NCBI GenBank assembly: GCA_965198115.1
Contig: OZ240241.1
Location: forward strand, 1,152,001-1,216,000
Source of the DNA: Candidatus Latescibacterota bacterium
Lineage (GTDB): Bacteria > Latescibacterota > UBA2968
Reading direction: 5' to 3'
Length of the DNA stretch: 64,000 nt
Below are positions 1-10,009 of the stretch, piece by piece; the first letter of the stretch is position 1, and every line of letters starts with the position of its first letter. Below the pieces are notes generated by a model. That model searched no databases. It saw only the letters and a list, made by a program, of their open reading frames with translations, and had not been told where the DNA came from. The position numbers were made by a program, and so were the translations under genes.

Positions 1-179
1 TCGAGTTCCTTCAGCTTCTTCGCCTTCGACACCTGCATCCCGCCGTACTTCGACCGCCACCGGTAGAACGTCTGCTGCGTGATCCCATGTTTCCGGCAGA
101 GGTCCTGGTTCTTGGCTCCTGCCTCGGATTCCTTCAGAATCGCAATGATCTGTTCTTCGCTGAATCGCTTCCGCTTCAA
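1..179 (-). CDS. IS3-family transposase OrfA, N-terminal part (partial)
   Basis: Manual translation from TTG at 179: MKRKRFSEEQIIAILKESEAGAKNQDLCRKHGITQQTFYRWRSKYGGM, a classic IS3/IS407 HTH. Confidence 0.9.
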   Translation of the reverse strand, partial: MKRKRFSEEQIIAILKESEAGAKNQDLCRKHGITQQTFYRWRSKYGGMQVSKAKKLKEL

Positions 180-250
180 GGTGAGTCCTCCTGGGTCTTT
201 TTACCGGAAAACTCACTCTCGAAGTGGACCGTTTTATGGGGGGAAGGTCA
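1..250 (-). mobile_element. IS3-family insertion sequence, left end (continues beyond window)
   Basis: Element end reads TGACCTTCCCCCC on the - strand from 250 (IS3-type TG terminus), followed by an AGGAGG RBS and orfA. Confidence 0.85.
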
Positions 251-473
251 CCGACAGTATCACCGCGCTACACCTCGCCTGAGCAGCAACGTCCGCCACG
301 CATATTCAGAGACACGCTCCAGTCGCACGGCTTCCGAACAACGTTATTATATACATAACTAGAGCCTGTTGCTCAACTCGCTGTCATGAAGGGAAGAATT
401 GGAGGTTCTTTCTCAGTTCTACAAGCTGGCCCTTGAGAGGTCTGACCTGCTGGTTGATTTCACGCTTCGATAT

Positions 474-1847
474 GAGCTCAGGTCAATAGGTGTGTAAAAG
501 AAATCAGGCGGCCATCTTCCCGGTTTCGACCTGCGGTCCGGTTGAGTGTTTCTGATCGTAGACTTGTTGTAGCAAGTGTGGCGCGGTGAGTTTCCTGAAT
601 CGGCTCTCTGCGACCTTGAGCGTACGCCAGATGAGAGTCGTGGCGTTCCTGACTTTCTTGAATCGCCTGGCGGCGTTTGTGCGAAGCCGAACGGAAGCAA
701 AGGGGCTCTCGACGACGTTCGTGGTTCTCAGGTGTTTCCAGTGTTCCTTCGGGAAGTCGTAGAACGTGACCATCCGATCCCAGTCTCTTTCGAGCGTCTC
801 CACGGCGGCAGGGAACTGTGAGCGATACCGTGCGGCAAAGCGTTTCCGGAGCTTCTCGGCCTCCTTTTTCGTGCCGGCATAGGGGATCTGGACGAGCAGT
901 GCGCGGGCTTCAGCCTGTGCACGCTTGGCGACCTTGTCGAGCACGTTGAGGATCTTGTGGTTCCAGCACCGTTGTTGCCGGCTCTCTGGCCAGACCTGAT
1001 CAACGGCCGCCCAGATGCCCATATTCCCGTCCGCGGCGATCAGGACAGGATGTTCGAGCCCGCGATCCCGGAGATCCCGGAGCACCGTGAGCCAGGATTC
1101 TGTAGACTCTCGATAACCGGGTTCTATCGCCAGGATCTCCTTGCTGCCGTCGCTCATCGCGCCGATCACGACCAGCAGACACGCCTTCTCGCGCTCGAGC
1201 CCGGCTTTGACGTAGATGCCATCAGCCCAGGCGTAGACCAGTTCGCGATTATCCAGACGCCTTTCTTTCCAGTCCTGGAAGTCGACCTCCCACTTCCCTC
1301 GAAGACGAGCGATCGAGGTCGGCGAAAGCGGCGCGCCATCACCGAGCAGCGCACGCAAAGACAACTCGAAGTCGCCCTGGGAGAGACCGTGGAGATAAAG
1401 GTCGGGAAGCAGATCTCCAATGGCCCTGGTTCTCCGGGCGAACAGGGGGAGGATGCGGCTTTCAAACCGCTCTTCCAGACCACGAACCCGGGGACGCCGG
1501 ACCTTGATCGTTCCGCAGCTCGTCGAGAGACGCCGGGGCTTGCCGTAGCCGTTCCTGTAGCCCCTGGAGCTATCAACCTCGGCTCGGCGCTCATACCACG
1601 ACCGGCCCAAGAACGCGGTCGCCTCCTCCTCCAGAATGGACTGGAACCGGCCCTGGATCTCTTCACGGATCCAATCGTCAACCGTCTCCCACGTCGGCAT
1701 GGACTTCAATGGGGCTCTATGCGTATGTTCCTTCACGGCGATCCTCCTTCCCAACCGGGCCTCTCACCCGGTTTTGTGTGAATCAACTATCTCACGGGAA
1801 GGGTAGGGTCGCCCTTTCTCTTTTTCCACACCTTTTGATTATAGCTC
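474..1847 (-). mobile_element. IS256-family insertion sequence
   Basis: Imperfect terminal IRs: GAGCTCAGGTCAATAGGTGTGTAAAAGA at 474 vs GAGCTATAATCAAAAGGTGTGGAAAAAGA (revcomp, ending 1847); no matching flanking direct repeat. Confidence 0.88.
504..1754 (-). CDS. IS256-family (Mutator-type) DDE transposase
   Basis: YRNGY, WADGIY, ADG, QRCWNHK and RTTNVVES motifs; start may be internal (MPTWET, ~1699). Confidence 0.93.
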   Translation of the reverse strand: MGRRIAVKEHTHRAPLKSMPTWETVDDWIREEIQGRFQSILEEEATAFLGRSWYERRAEVDSSRGYRNGYGKPRRLSTSCGTIKVRRPRVRGLEERFESRILPLFARRTRAIGDLLPDLYLHGLSQGDFELSLRALLGDGAPLSPTSIARLRGKWEVDFQDWKERRLDNRELVYAWADGIYVKAGLEREKACLLVVIGAMSDGSKEILAIEPGYRESTESWLTVLRDLRDRGLEHPVLIAADGNMGIWAAVDQVWPESRQQRCWNHKILNVLDKVAKRAQAEARALLVQIPYAGTKKEAEKLRKRFAARYRSQFPAAVETLERDWDRMVTFYDFPKEHWKHLRTTNVVESPFASVRLRTNAARRFKKVRNATTLIWRTLKVAESRFRKLTAPHLLQQVYDQKHSTGPQVETGKMAA

Positions 1848-3075
1848 CATCGGTTGTGGAGATATCGAAGAAGGGTGTGCGAAATGTCGGGTCAATGAAT
1901 TTGCGAATCCGGCCCCCGATGGGTTCGACGATCAGGAGATCGCCGTTGGAGTCGAGCGCGAGCCTGGCGGGGGTTTCGACCGGGGCTACTAACCCGAGTT
2001 GTCCGTCTCCTGCGGAAAAGAACTCCCCCGTTCCGGCGAGAGTGACGATGGTCCCGTCGAGTTCAATGGCCCGCACGCGGTGGTTCTGTGTGTCGGCGAC
2101 GTAGACACGACCGGCTTCGTCGGCGGCGATGCCGGAGGGGAAGAAGAGCCGAGCATCCGTAGCCGGTCCGCCATCGCCGGAAAAAGTGAACCCACTTAAC
2201 TCGTCGCCGAACGTCAGCCCCCTCCCAGCGATAGTCGTGATCTGCGCAACCGGAATCGAATCTCCCTCCGGGATGACGAGCTCCAGTTGACGGACACGAT
2301 GGTTCACAAAATCAGCAAAAAGAAAGAAGTCGAGTGCGGTCGTCATCTGTTCGACGCTCATGCCGGCGTCGATCGCTGCGCTGCCATCTCCAGAAAACTC
2401 AATATTGCCGGTGCCCGCGATTCGGGTCACATCCGTGCTGTCCAGAACGGCCTGGATGATGATGTTGTTCCCGCCACCACCGGCATGCACTCCGTCGGCG
2501 ATGAAGAGCGTTGCGTCCGTGGTCCAGACATCGACGATCTCGCTGAAACTGGCGAGTTCGCGGGAAATTGGGACATCGGCCGGAACTTCGCCGAGCTGTC
2601 CCGAGCCGGTAAACGTCTCGATCACACCTCCGCTGACCCGACGGATAACGCGATTTCCCGTGTCTGCGATGTAGAGATCACCGCTCGAGTGAACGGCAAC
2701 CCCCTGAGGCCGACTGAGTTGTGCGGCCGTTGCGGGGCCTCCGTCGCCCGAATTGCCCTGAGTTCCGATGCCAGCGACGGTGGTAATATTTCCTGAGATC
2801 GCGTCGATTCTGCGAATCCGGTGCCTTCCTACTTCTGCGATGAAGATGTTGCCGGCGCCATCAAGGGAGATGCCCAGAGGGACGTCGAGCATAGCGTTGA
2901 TAGCTGGAATGTCCTCGCCGTTGGCGTCCGAACCTCCACCTGCGATCGTCACGATGGTGCCGGGTACCCCGTTGACCGTTGCCTGTCCATAAACAGGAAA
3001 GACAGGGGCCGAAAATGTCACCACAAGAATCGAGGATACGACAGCCACGATTCCGGTCTTGGGAATGTTGCTCAT
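1792..3075 (-). pseudogene. Secreted NHL-repeat beta-propeller protein, C-terminally truncated by IS256
   Basis: Signal peptide; repeated TxAGxGxxGxSGDGGPAT...LYIADTGNRVIR units; the last ~17 codons come from IS256 sequence (<1848). Confidence 0.8.
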
Positions 3076-3545
3076 CGCGTGCCTGATCGTGTCTACTCTT
3101 GAATACTAATGATGGTAGAGTTACTGATCGCAACCAAGATGCGATGGCGAGGAACGGCGAGCAAGCGTGGGCGATGGAGGGGATTACGGGAACTGAATGG
3201 CGACCATGATAGGACGGACACAGAGCGCGACAGGGCCACGATCTTCGCAGCCATGCCCGATACCCTCGTCCAGAGTGTTCGCATGAGACAGGCATGCTTA
3301 CGGCGGTTCTGAGCGAGGTGGACACGGCAAGGCCCCGACCGAGGGGGGGGCGGGCCCAATTCCAAATTTTGCTCAGATTTCAAAGCCAGCCTAAAAAGAT
3401 GAATCGATGCCCCCGCCTGTCGGGTCGTGATTTTCTGCGGGAGCGGGTTCGAGGTGAGACCTGGAAGATTTGCGGTCACGGACCATCCATCTGGAATCCG
3501 TTCAACCCTCTCCGGTGACTGATCGTCATCGCCCGATCCTGCGGG

Positions 3546-3645
3546 TGTATATAAAACCTCAAGTTGAAGGGAAACAGAAAGGCGCTTGTGTGCTGACCCA
3601 TATCCCTGTATTCTATCTGTATATAAAACAAATGTTTACATACAC
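3546..3645. promoter_or_regulatory. Putative res site / recombinase binding sites
   Basis: TGTATATAAAAC at 3546 and again at 3618; the second copy forms an imperfect palindrome with GTTTACATACA; AT-rich and just upstream of the resolvase. Confidence 0.5.
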
Positions 3646-3661
3646 AAATCAGGAGGGGGAC

Positions 3662-4241
3662 ATGGCACCGAGGAAGAACGCCCGCGTAGCCATCTACGCC
3701 CGCGTTTCAACGACCGGTCAGGATGCAGGCATGCAGGTGAGGGAACTCCGGGAATACGCTCATCAGAGGGGCCTGGAGGTCGTAGACGAGCTTGTCGATA
3801 CGGAGAGTGGGTCCAAGGACCGACGCCCGCAACTGGACCGTCTGTGGACCCTGGTACGGGGCCGCAAGGTCGATACGGTTCTCGTATATCGGTTCGACCG
3901 GTTTGCGCGCAGCACCAAGCAGTTGGTCGATGCCCTCGAAGAGTTCAACCACTTGGGCGTGGACTTCATCAGCCTCCACGAGCAGATCGACACGAGCAGC
4001 CCGATGGGTAAGGCGATGTTCACGATTATCAGCGCCATCTCCGAGTTCGAGCGCGAGATCATCAGAGAGCGGGTACGGTCGGGTCTGGCACGGGCGAAGG
4101 CCGATGGGAAGAAGCTGGGCAGACCACGTGTTCCAGAGAAAACAGAGAATCAGAACTCTCCGACGGGACAAAGGGATGAGTTTGGGTGCAATCTCGAAGC
4201 AACTGAACGTTCCGAGGGGGACGGTCCAAAAATACGCTTGA
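3662..4241 (+). CDS. Small serine recombinase (resolvase/invertase) with a frameshift before the C-terminal HTH
   Basis: YARVST catalytic Ser, DRFARS, EFEREIIRERVRSG, LGRP; the HTH (RIRTLRRDKGMSLGAISKQLNVPRGTVQKY) lies in another frame ending 4241, shift near 4140. Confidence 0.88.
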
Positions 4242-4255
4242 GGTTGCTGCCCGGG

Positions 4256-4761
4256 TTACCCCTGATCGTCCAACTCAAGGTCCACCGCCTCTGACCCTGG
4301 GGATTCGATCTCTGCCTGCTCTATGCTGGTTAGGTCCAAGACGGCCAGCAAATCAGTAGTCGAGATCGAACCAAGGTCCATGCTTACAGACCGGGATTCC
4401 TGGAGCTTCACTTTGGGTGCGAACGCTGCCCCAGCTTGAAATACTGCCCCGAGTCGTCTTTTAGGAGTTGGAACAGCTTCCAGGCCCCGGCGGTGTCGAT
4501 CCCGTAGGCAGCCGCTAGGGCACGATCTTCCTCCGTAAGGTCCAGGGCGTCCAGGGGTAGCCCGTAGGCGTCGAGCCATCCGTCTTTCGCCTGGGACCAC
4601 CGATTCAGGCTCCCCGGCTTGCGACCTCCAATTCGCTTGTGACCAACCCTGAATCGACCATTTTCGTGTCGGTCAAGCCGTTCTTCGTTCTCCACATGTG
4701 CCAGTTGTTGGAGGCGGCGGAGGTGTGTTATCGTCGCATTGATCCTGGAAGATGCAGGCAA
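4256..4761 (-). pseudogene. Phage-type hypothetical protein (terminase-small-subunit-like), frameshifted
   Basis: NGRFRVGHKRIGGRKPGSLNR N-terminal motif; adding one G in a GGGG run near 4430 joins YFKLG to AAFAPKVKLQE. Confidence 0.4.
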
Positions 4762-4923
4762 CCCACTCCGGGTGGTCCACGAACTAACTAATCTTAGCCA
4801 CTCCGCTTGTCCGCTTCACGCGGAAATCCCGCAATCCATTAGACAGCCATTAGATTTTACAAGAAAAAGGCGACACCCCGAATTCGGTGACGCCTCTAAC
4901 TACTTGTTATTTAAGGTTTAAAG

Positions 4924-4999
4924 TGGAGCGGGAAACGGGACTCGAACCCGCGACATCAAGCTTGGGAAGCTTGCGCTCTACCAGCTGAGCTATTCCCGC
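4924..4999 (-). tRNA. tRNA-Gly(CCC)
   Basis: GCGGGAATAGCTCAGCTGGTAGAGCGCAAGCTTCCCAAGCTTGATGTCGCGGGTTCGAGTCCCGTTTCCCGCTCCA; cloverleaf with encoded CCA. Confidence 0.98.
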
Positions 5000-5034
5000 T
5001 CGCCGGTGTAAGATAGGCGAGCCCCCAAATCGTG

Positions 5035-5943
5035 TCAAGATGCACGCTTGAAAGCGGCAAGGACACCCTCGGCACCCCGGTTGGCGTCGATCCACTCGAC
5101 CTCAGACGCCCGGTTTCGGAACCAGCTCAGCTGACGTTTGGCGTAATGACGCGTGGCTTGCTGCATTTCAAGGACGGCCTCGTCAATCGACCGATCGCCC
5201 TTAACCACATCGAAGAATTCCGCATATCCGAACGTGCCGAGTGCGGGCATGGCTGGTCCGTATCCCCTATGCAGCAATCGCCGGACTTCATCGACGAGCC
5301 CGGATTCGACCATCGACCACGCACGAGCGTCAATGCGTTCGTAGAGTTGATGGCGGTCTCGCTCGAGGCCGAACCACTTGGCCCCTCGATCGGTAGCCGG
5401 TTGTCTCGGCTCGGACTGAAAAGACGAAATCGCAATACCCGTTTCCTCGAAGACTTCGAGTGCGCGGGTTACCCGCTGGCGGTCCGTCGGATGCAGCCGA
5501 TCGGCAGTTTTCGGGTCCACCTCCTGCAACCGAACGTAGCACGCGTCTAGATCGAGGTCGGCTTGCGCCTGAGTCTTCGCTCGCGTCTCTGGCGAAACTT
5601 CAGGAATCGGGCTGAATCCTCGGAACAGGGCCTCCAAATAGAACCCCGCGCCGCCGACGAGAATCGGCAGGTGGCCTCTCGCCACGATCTGTTCGATGGC
5701 TTCAGCCGCCCTCTTGGCGTATTCGGCTGCGTCGAAAGACTCGTTGGGGTCGACGATGTCGAGAAGGTGGTGCCTGGCACAGGCACGTTCGTGGGCGGTG
5801 GGTTTGGCCGTCCCGATATCCATGTATCGGTAGATTTGACGAGCATCTGCCGACACGATTTCCCCGTCGAGCTGCCGAGCGACCTCAATTCCGACGCCTG
5901 TCTTTCCCGACGCGGTCGGACCGACGATCACAACGACGTCCAT
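5035..5943 (-). CDS. miaA: tRNA dimethylallyltransferase
   Basis: GPTASGKT, DARQIYRYMDIGTAKP, VGGAGFY, TRHYAKRQLSWF; directly follows mutL. Confidence 0.96.
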   Translation of the reverse strand: MDVVVIVGPTASGKTGVGIEVARQLDGEIVSADARQIYRYMDIGTAKPTAHERACARHHLLDIVDPNESFDAAEYAKRAAEAIEQIVARGHLPILVGGAGFYLEALFRGFSPIPEVSPETRAKTQAQADLDLDACYVRLQEVDPKTADRLHPTDRQRVTRALEVFEETGIAISSFQSEPRQPATDRGAKWFGLERDRHQLYERIDARAWSMVESGLVDEVRRLLHRGYGPAMPALGTFGYAEFFDVVKGDRSIDEAVLEMQQATRHYAKRQLSWFRNRASEVEWIDANRGAEGVLAAFKRAS

Positions 5944-5950
5944 CGTGCCT

Positions 5951-7753
5951 CTATTCGAAACGACGTTCGATATCCTGCAGGGAGAATCGGAAAAGCGTGG
6001 GGCGCCCCTCTGGGCTTGCGTAGGGCTCGTCGGTGGCGAACAGAGCATCGATGAGGGCGCGCATCTCATCGCCTGAGAGGATCTTACCGTGGGGAATCGC
6101 CGCGTGACGTGCATAGGTGAGTGCGACGAGGTGCTCGATGGGTTCGACGCCACGGTCACCCAGAGCCATGGTCGACGTACCCTCCGCCAGGAGGTCGTCC
6201 ACCATGTCCCGGAACATCACGCCCTCTTCCCACCCATCCAGACCGACAGGTATAGCGTCGACCACGACCGAATTCCCCCCAAAATCCCGGATGCCGAACC
6301 CAACCCGCTCGAAAAGCGGCAAAGCATCCCGAACGGCCACGATTTCGGTCAATCCAAACTCGAGGGTGACGGGAAACAGGAGCGCCTGACCCGAACCCGC
6401 CTGGCCTCTGAATCGGACGATCGCCTCCTCGTAGAGGATGCGTCGGTGAGCCAAGTTCTGATCGATAATGACCGCGCCATCCCTGACCTGGGCGAGGACA
6501 TAGGCGGAGTGCAACTGGAAGACAGACACGCCGTAGCGCGTTTCGGCCTCTGGAGGTGCGTCCGTCGACGTCTCCATCCCCTTCGTGATTGTGAGGGGAA
6601 GACCCATCTGGACATTGTGAAGGTCCAGCGGTTCGGCGAGGTAGAGGTCTTCGGTGGGTCGATCGGCAACGATTGTGGGCTGAGGGCCATTATCGGACGT
6701 CCCTGCCGGCACACCCGACTTCAGTTCGACTGACTCGATCGTCTCGTCCGCCCACTCGGGAATCGATGTCTCCCGTCGAAGTGCCGATCGAACCGCCTCC
6801 GCGACGAACCGGTAGACGGCGCGCTCGTCTGCGAATCGGATTTCTCGTTTTGATGGATGTACGTTCACGTCGATCGCCCCGGGGTCGATGTTCAGACACA
6901 GCGCGTAGGCCGGTTGCACACCCTTCTGCAAGAGCCCACCGTATCCGTCGTGGACAGCCGTGGTCAGCCCCCGATGCCGAACCCACCGCTGATTGACGAC
7001 CAGGACGTGCTGGGCTGCTTTCCGGGCACGATCGGGGAGGCACACATAGCCCGTACAGCGCAAGCCGCTTCGCTGTGCCTCGACGAACACCGCATCCTCT
7101 CCGAGCGTCACGGCGAAGAGCGCCTGAATCCGGGTTGCCACGTCCGAGCGCCCGAGTCGAAAGTGACGACGACCCTCGTGATCGAGCGAAAACATGACCT
7201 GCGGATGGGCGAACGCCAGCCCGGCCGTCGTCTGAACGACGTGTCGCCACTCTGTCTCTGCGGATTTGAGGAATTTCCGACGTGCCGGCGTATTTTGGAA
7301 AAGACGCTCGACCAATAGGGTCGTCCCAGCGTCCCTGCCTACGGCTCGAACATCGATCACACGCCCGCCTTCCACGACGACACGTGTGCCCTCCTCTGCC
7401 TCGGGGATTCGAGTATCGAGTGTCAGGCGTGATACGGCCGCAATGCTGGGCAGGGCTTCGCCACGAAAGCCGAGTGTCCGCAGGTTGGTGAGGTCTTCGG
7501 CCGTTCGCAGTTTGGAGGTTGCGTGCCGTTCAAGCGCGAGAAGCGCGTCGTCGCGTGACATTCCGCACCCATTGTCCACGATGCGAATCGAGGTGCTACC
7601 ACCGGAGTCGACGGAGATGTCGACGCGATCGGCACCTGCGTCGAGCGCGTTTTCGACGAGTTCCTTGACGATCGATGCGGGGCGCTCCACGACCTCGCCG
7701 GCCGCAATCTTGTTGGCCACATCGTCGGCGAGGACGCGGATGCGTGAGGACAT
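5951..7753 (-). CDS. mutL: DNA mismatch repair endonuclease MutL
   Basis: IAAGEVVERPASIVKELVENALDA, GFRGEAL, DVNVHPSKRE; the C-terminal endonuclease motifs are divergent (DQNLAHRR, SPEGRP). Confidence 0.96.
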   Translation of the reverse strand: MSSRIRVLADDVANKIAAGEVVERPASIVKELVENALDAGADRVDISVDSGGSTSIRIVDNGCGMSRDDALLALERHATSKLRTAEDLTNLRTLGFRGEALPSIAAVSRLTLDTRIPEAEEGTRVVVEGGRVIDVRAVGRDAGTTLLVERLFQNTPARRKFLKSAETEWRHVVQTTAGLAFAHPQVMFSLDHEGRRHFRLGRSDVATRIQALFAVTLGEDAVFVEAQRSGLRCTGYVCLPDRARKAAQHVLVVNQRWVRHRGLTTAVHDGYGGLLQKGVQPAYALCLNIDPGAIDVNVHPSKREIRFADERAVYRFVAEAVRSALRRETSIPEWADETIESVELKSGVPAGTSDNGPQPTIVADRPTEDLYLAEPLDLHNVQMGLPLTITKGMETSTDAPPEAETRYGVSVFQLHSAYVLAQVRDGAVIIDQNLAHRRILYEEAIVRFRGQAGSGQALLFPVTLEFGLTEIVAVRDALPLFERVGFGIRDFGGNSVVVDAIPVGLDGWEEGVMFRDMVDDLLAEGTSTMALGDRGVEPIEHLVALTYARHAAIPHGKILSGDEMRALIDALFATDEPYASPEGRPTLFRFSLQDIERRFE

Positions 7754-7755
7754 GG

Positions 7756-9036
7756 TCAGTTGGCGAGGGCGCTCAGGAAAGAGTCTGCATCATCGAGGTC
7801 GGCTTTCGCCGCTTCGGTCAGGATCTGCATGCCCCGGTCACCCATGGAGAAGTGATCGAGGATTTCTTCACTGACTTCCGGTACGACGCTGTCGCCGCCG
7901 GAACCGTATTCCAGCTGCCGACACAGACAGTCGGCGATGTGGATGACGTAGACCAGACGTGAGTAGTGGCGAGTCTTCTGGGGGTCGTGGTGATTCTCTA
8001 TGCAGGCCGAGTAATTTTCGCCGAACTTCCACGCCGTAGCCAGTTGTCCGCCGATTTCCTCGTGGCCTACGCCCAGCACATCGAGTTCGGCGTCCAGGAT
8101 CGTCTGGTTTTTGGTTTCGACCGCTTCGAAGACGGCCCCGTAGTAGTCGGCAAAGTAGCGGTCCAGGACGACCTTCCCGAGATCGTGCAAGAGCCCGCCC
8201 AGGAATGCGGCTTCGACCTCCGTTTGGAGTTTCTTGGCGACCGCCCGGGCGATGAAGGCCGTCCCGACGGAGTGTCTCCAGAATTCTGTGAGATCGAGCC
8301 CACCCCCACCATCGTAATTACCCAGCTGCTCGAAAACTTGCGCGGCCATCACCAGGTTGCCGATTTCCTCCAATCCGATAAGGGTCACGGCAAGCTTCAG
8401 GGAATTCGTCGGCTTTCGGAACCCGTAGTAGGAGGAATTGACAAGCTTCAGGACCTGTGCCAGAAAACTGGGGTCCAGCTGAATCTGCTCGGCCAGGTCC
8501 CCACTCGACGAGTCATCGCTTCGAGCGAGCTTCATAATCTCCGCGTGTGTCGCGGGAAAGGTCGGAAACCCGTCGATCTGTTTCACCCGTTCCCTCAGAG
8601 ACTGAGACTTTTCCTCACGCTCTTCACCATTCTCTGCAGCCTCTTCTTCGGGATCGGCCTCTTGAGCGGTCTGAGCCTCTTCGAGGGCGGACTGAATGCA
8701 AGCCTGAAGGTCACTCGGTCGGAAGGGTTTTGCGAGGAAGTTCGTCACACCCGCGTTTCGAGAGCGGATGATCGAGTCGGGAGAGGGGTGAGAGGACGTG
8801 AGGATGATCGGAATGTGGTCGTATTTGGGGCTCATTCCGACCAATTCGGCCAGCCGGATGCCGCCGACACCTTCCTCCACGATCAACAGGTCGGGCGGGC
8901 TGTCCCTCAATACATTGACGGCACTCGGTCCGTCCGATGCCGTCTCCGGCTCGAACCGACCGACCAGCATCTTGCTGATCAACGACGCAAACCGATCCTG
9001 GTCGACAATCAGAACTCGTTTCTGATCATCGGGCAT
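7756..9036 (-). CDS. Receiver-like + HDOD domain signalling protein
   Basis: N-terminal REC fold (RVLIVD...LAKPF); HDOD (DPSFLAQVLKLVNSSYYG, FWRHS, LLHDLGK, HHDP). Confidence 0.9.
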   Translation of the reverse strand: MPDDQKRVLIVDQDRFASLISKMLVGRFEPETASDGPSAVNVLRDSPPDLLIVEEGVGGIRLAELVGMSPKYDHIPIILTSSHPSPDSIIRSRNAGVTNFLAKPFRPSDLQACIQSALEEAQTAQEADPEEEAAENGEEREEKSQSLRERVKQIDGFPTFPATHAEIMKLARSDDSSSGDLAEQIQLDPSFLAQVLKLVNSSYYGFRKPTNSLKLAVTLIGLEEIGNLVMAAQVFEQLGNYDGGGGLDLTEFWRHSVGTAFIARAVAKKLQTEVEAAFLGGLLHDLGKVVLDRYFADYYGAVFEAVETKNQTILDAELDVLGVGHEEIGGQLATAWKFGENYSACIENHHDPQKTRHYSRLVYVIHIADCLCRQLEYGSGGDSVVPEVSEEILDHFSMGDRGMQILTEAAKADLDDADSFLSALAN

Positions 9037-9145
9037 CTGCCCAATCTCCCCTGGTGTAGCGTTTGGCCAGCGAGGACAAATTTAATCGGGCGTCGGGGGG
9101 AGCGCAACGTCGGATCACGGGGAGGCGTGCACGAGTCGCGCCAAG

Positions 9146-9385
9146 TCACCATCGTTGTGCGAGATCGGCAAGAGCGTCGTCATCACCAAGATAGGATTCG
9201 CCGACGAATGCCTGGGGGACATCCCATCTCCCACCAGTTCGCTCGTGGAGGCGTTTCCTCATTTCGAACTCGTTGCCGTCGATCGGAATCTCTTCGTAGT
9301 CGGTGATGCCCGACGCCGTAAGAATAGCCTTGGCCCGGTCGCAGTAAGGGCAAAATCGTCGAGTGTAAAGCTGCAGTCTATCCAA
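9146..9385 (-). CDS. Glutaredoxin 3-like dithiol glutaredoxin
   Basis: CPYC, DVPQAF; probable TTG start at 9385; the C-terminus may be frameshifted. Confidence 0.85.
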   Translation of the reverse strand: MDRLQLYTRRFCPYCDRAKAILTASGITDYEEIPIDGNEFEMRKRLHERTGGRWDVPQAFVGESYLGDDDALADLAQRW

Positions 9386-9659
9386 GCCGTATGGTCCCAC
9401 AAAAAAAACGCCTAACCTGCCAGGCGCCGGAAAAGATTGTCGAAGCTGCACGAATATTCGGCTGGCTTCCCGGTGGGTCGCCCTTACGCAAGTTCAAGGC
9501 GTTTTTTTGGAGCGAACTCCAATGGAAGTAATTTCGTCAAGAAGAGGGTCCCAGTCAAGGGTCATGCCGAGGGAGCGATCGAATGCGGAGGGGCCTCAGG
9601 CTCGATCTGCCCTGTCCGTGGGTTGACAGGTCCTACCTTCACCCTATTTTTCTCTCACC

Positions 9660-10004
9660 ATGGCCGAACTATCGATTGCCCATTCCGGCCTCAGAGCCTC
9701 CCAGGCAAAGCTCTCGACGTCTGCCCACAACACGGCCAATCTGACGACGGACGCGTTCTCGCGTCAACGCGTGATCCAAAGTGAGGCTCCGGCGGGCGGC
9801 GGAACACGGTTCCGCGTCGACACGGTCGATCTGAGCACGGACGCCCTGGATCGCGCCGAGCGTCTGCCAGGACCTCAGAATGCCGTGAATCTCGTGTCAG
9901 AAACGGTCGATCGTATTTCTGCGCTGAGGGCGTTCGAGGCAAACGTGAAGGTCGTTCGAGCTCACAACAGCCTGAGTCATACCCTGCTCGACATCACGGC
10001 CTGA
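9660..10004 (+). CDS. Small flagellar basal-body rod/hook-like protein (axial N- and C-terminal motifs only)
   Basis: SGL...AHNTANLTT N-terminal motif and VNLVSE...AFEANVKVV...LLDITA C-terminal motif of FlgB/C/E/G proteins. Confidence 0.75.
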   Translation: MAELSIAHSGLRASQAKLSTSAHNTANLTTDAFSRQRVIQSEAPAGGGTRFRVDTVDLSTDALDRAERLPGPQNAVNLVSETVDRISALRAFEANVKVVRAHNSLSHTLLDITA

Positions 10005-10009
10005 TCGGC

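Noticed and set aside
3437-3455. att duplication of the tRNA-Gly end (GCGGGTTCGAG)
   Set aside because: Only 11 nt and in the opposite orientation to the tRNA
3617-3632. LexA/SOS box (CTGTATATAAAACAAA)
   Set aside because: The right half is not ACAG; its repetition beside a resolvase fits a res site better
7966-9306. Long antisense or alternate-frame ORFs (also 40012-41229, 50435-51586, 59479-60546, and the 5' extensions of 48541-50205 and 34482-35525)
   Set aside because: Shadow ORFs of well-supported genes in GC-rich DNA
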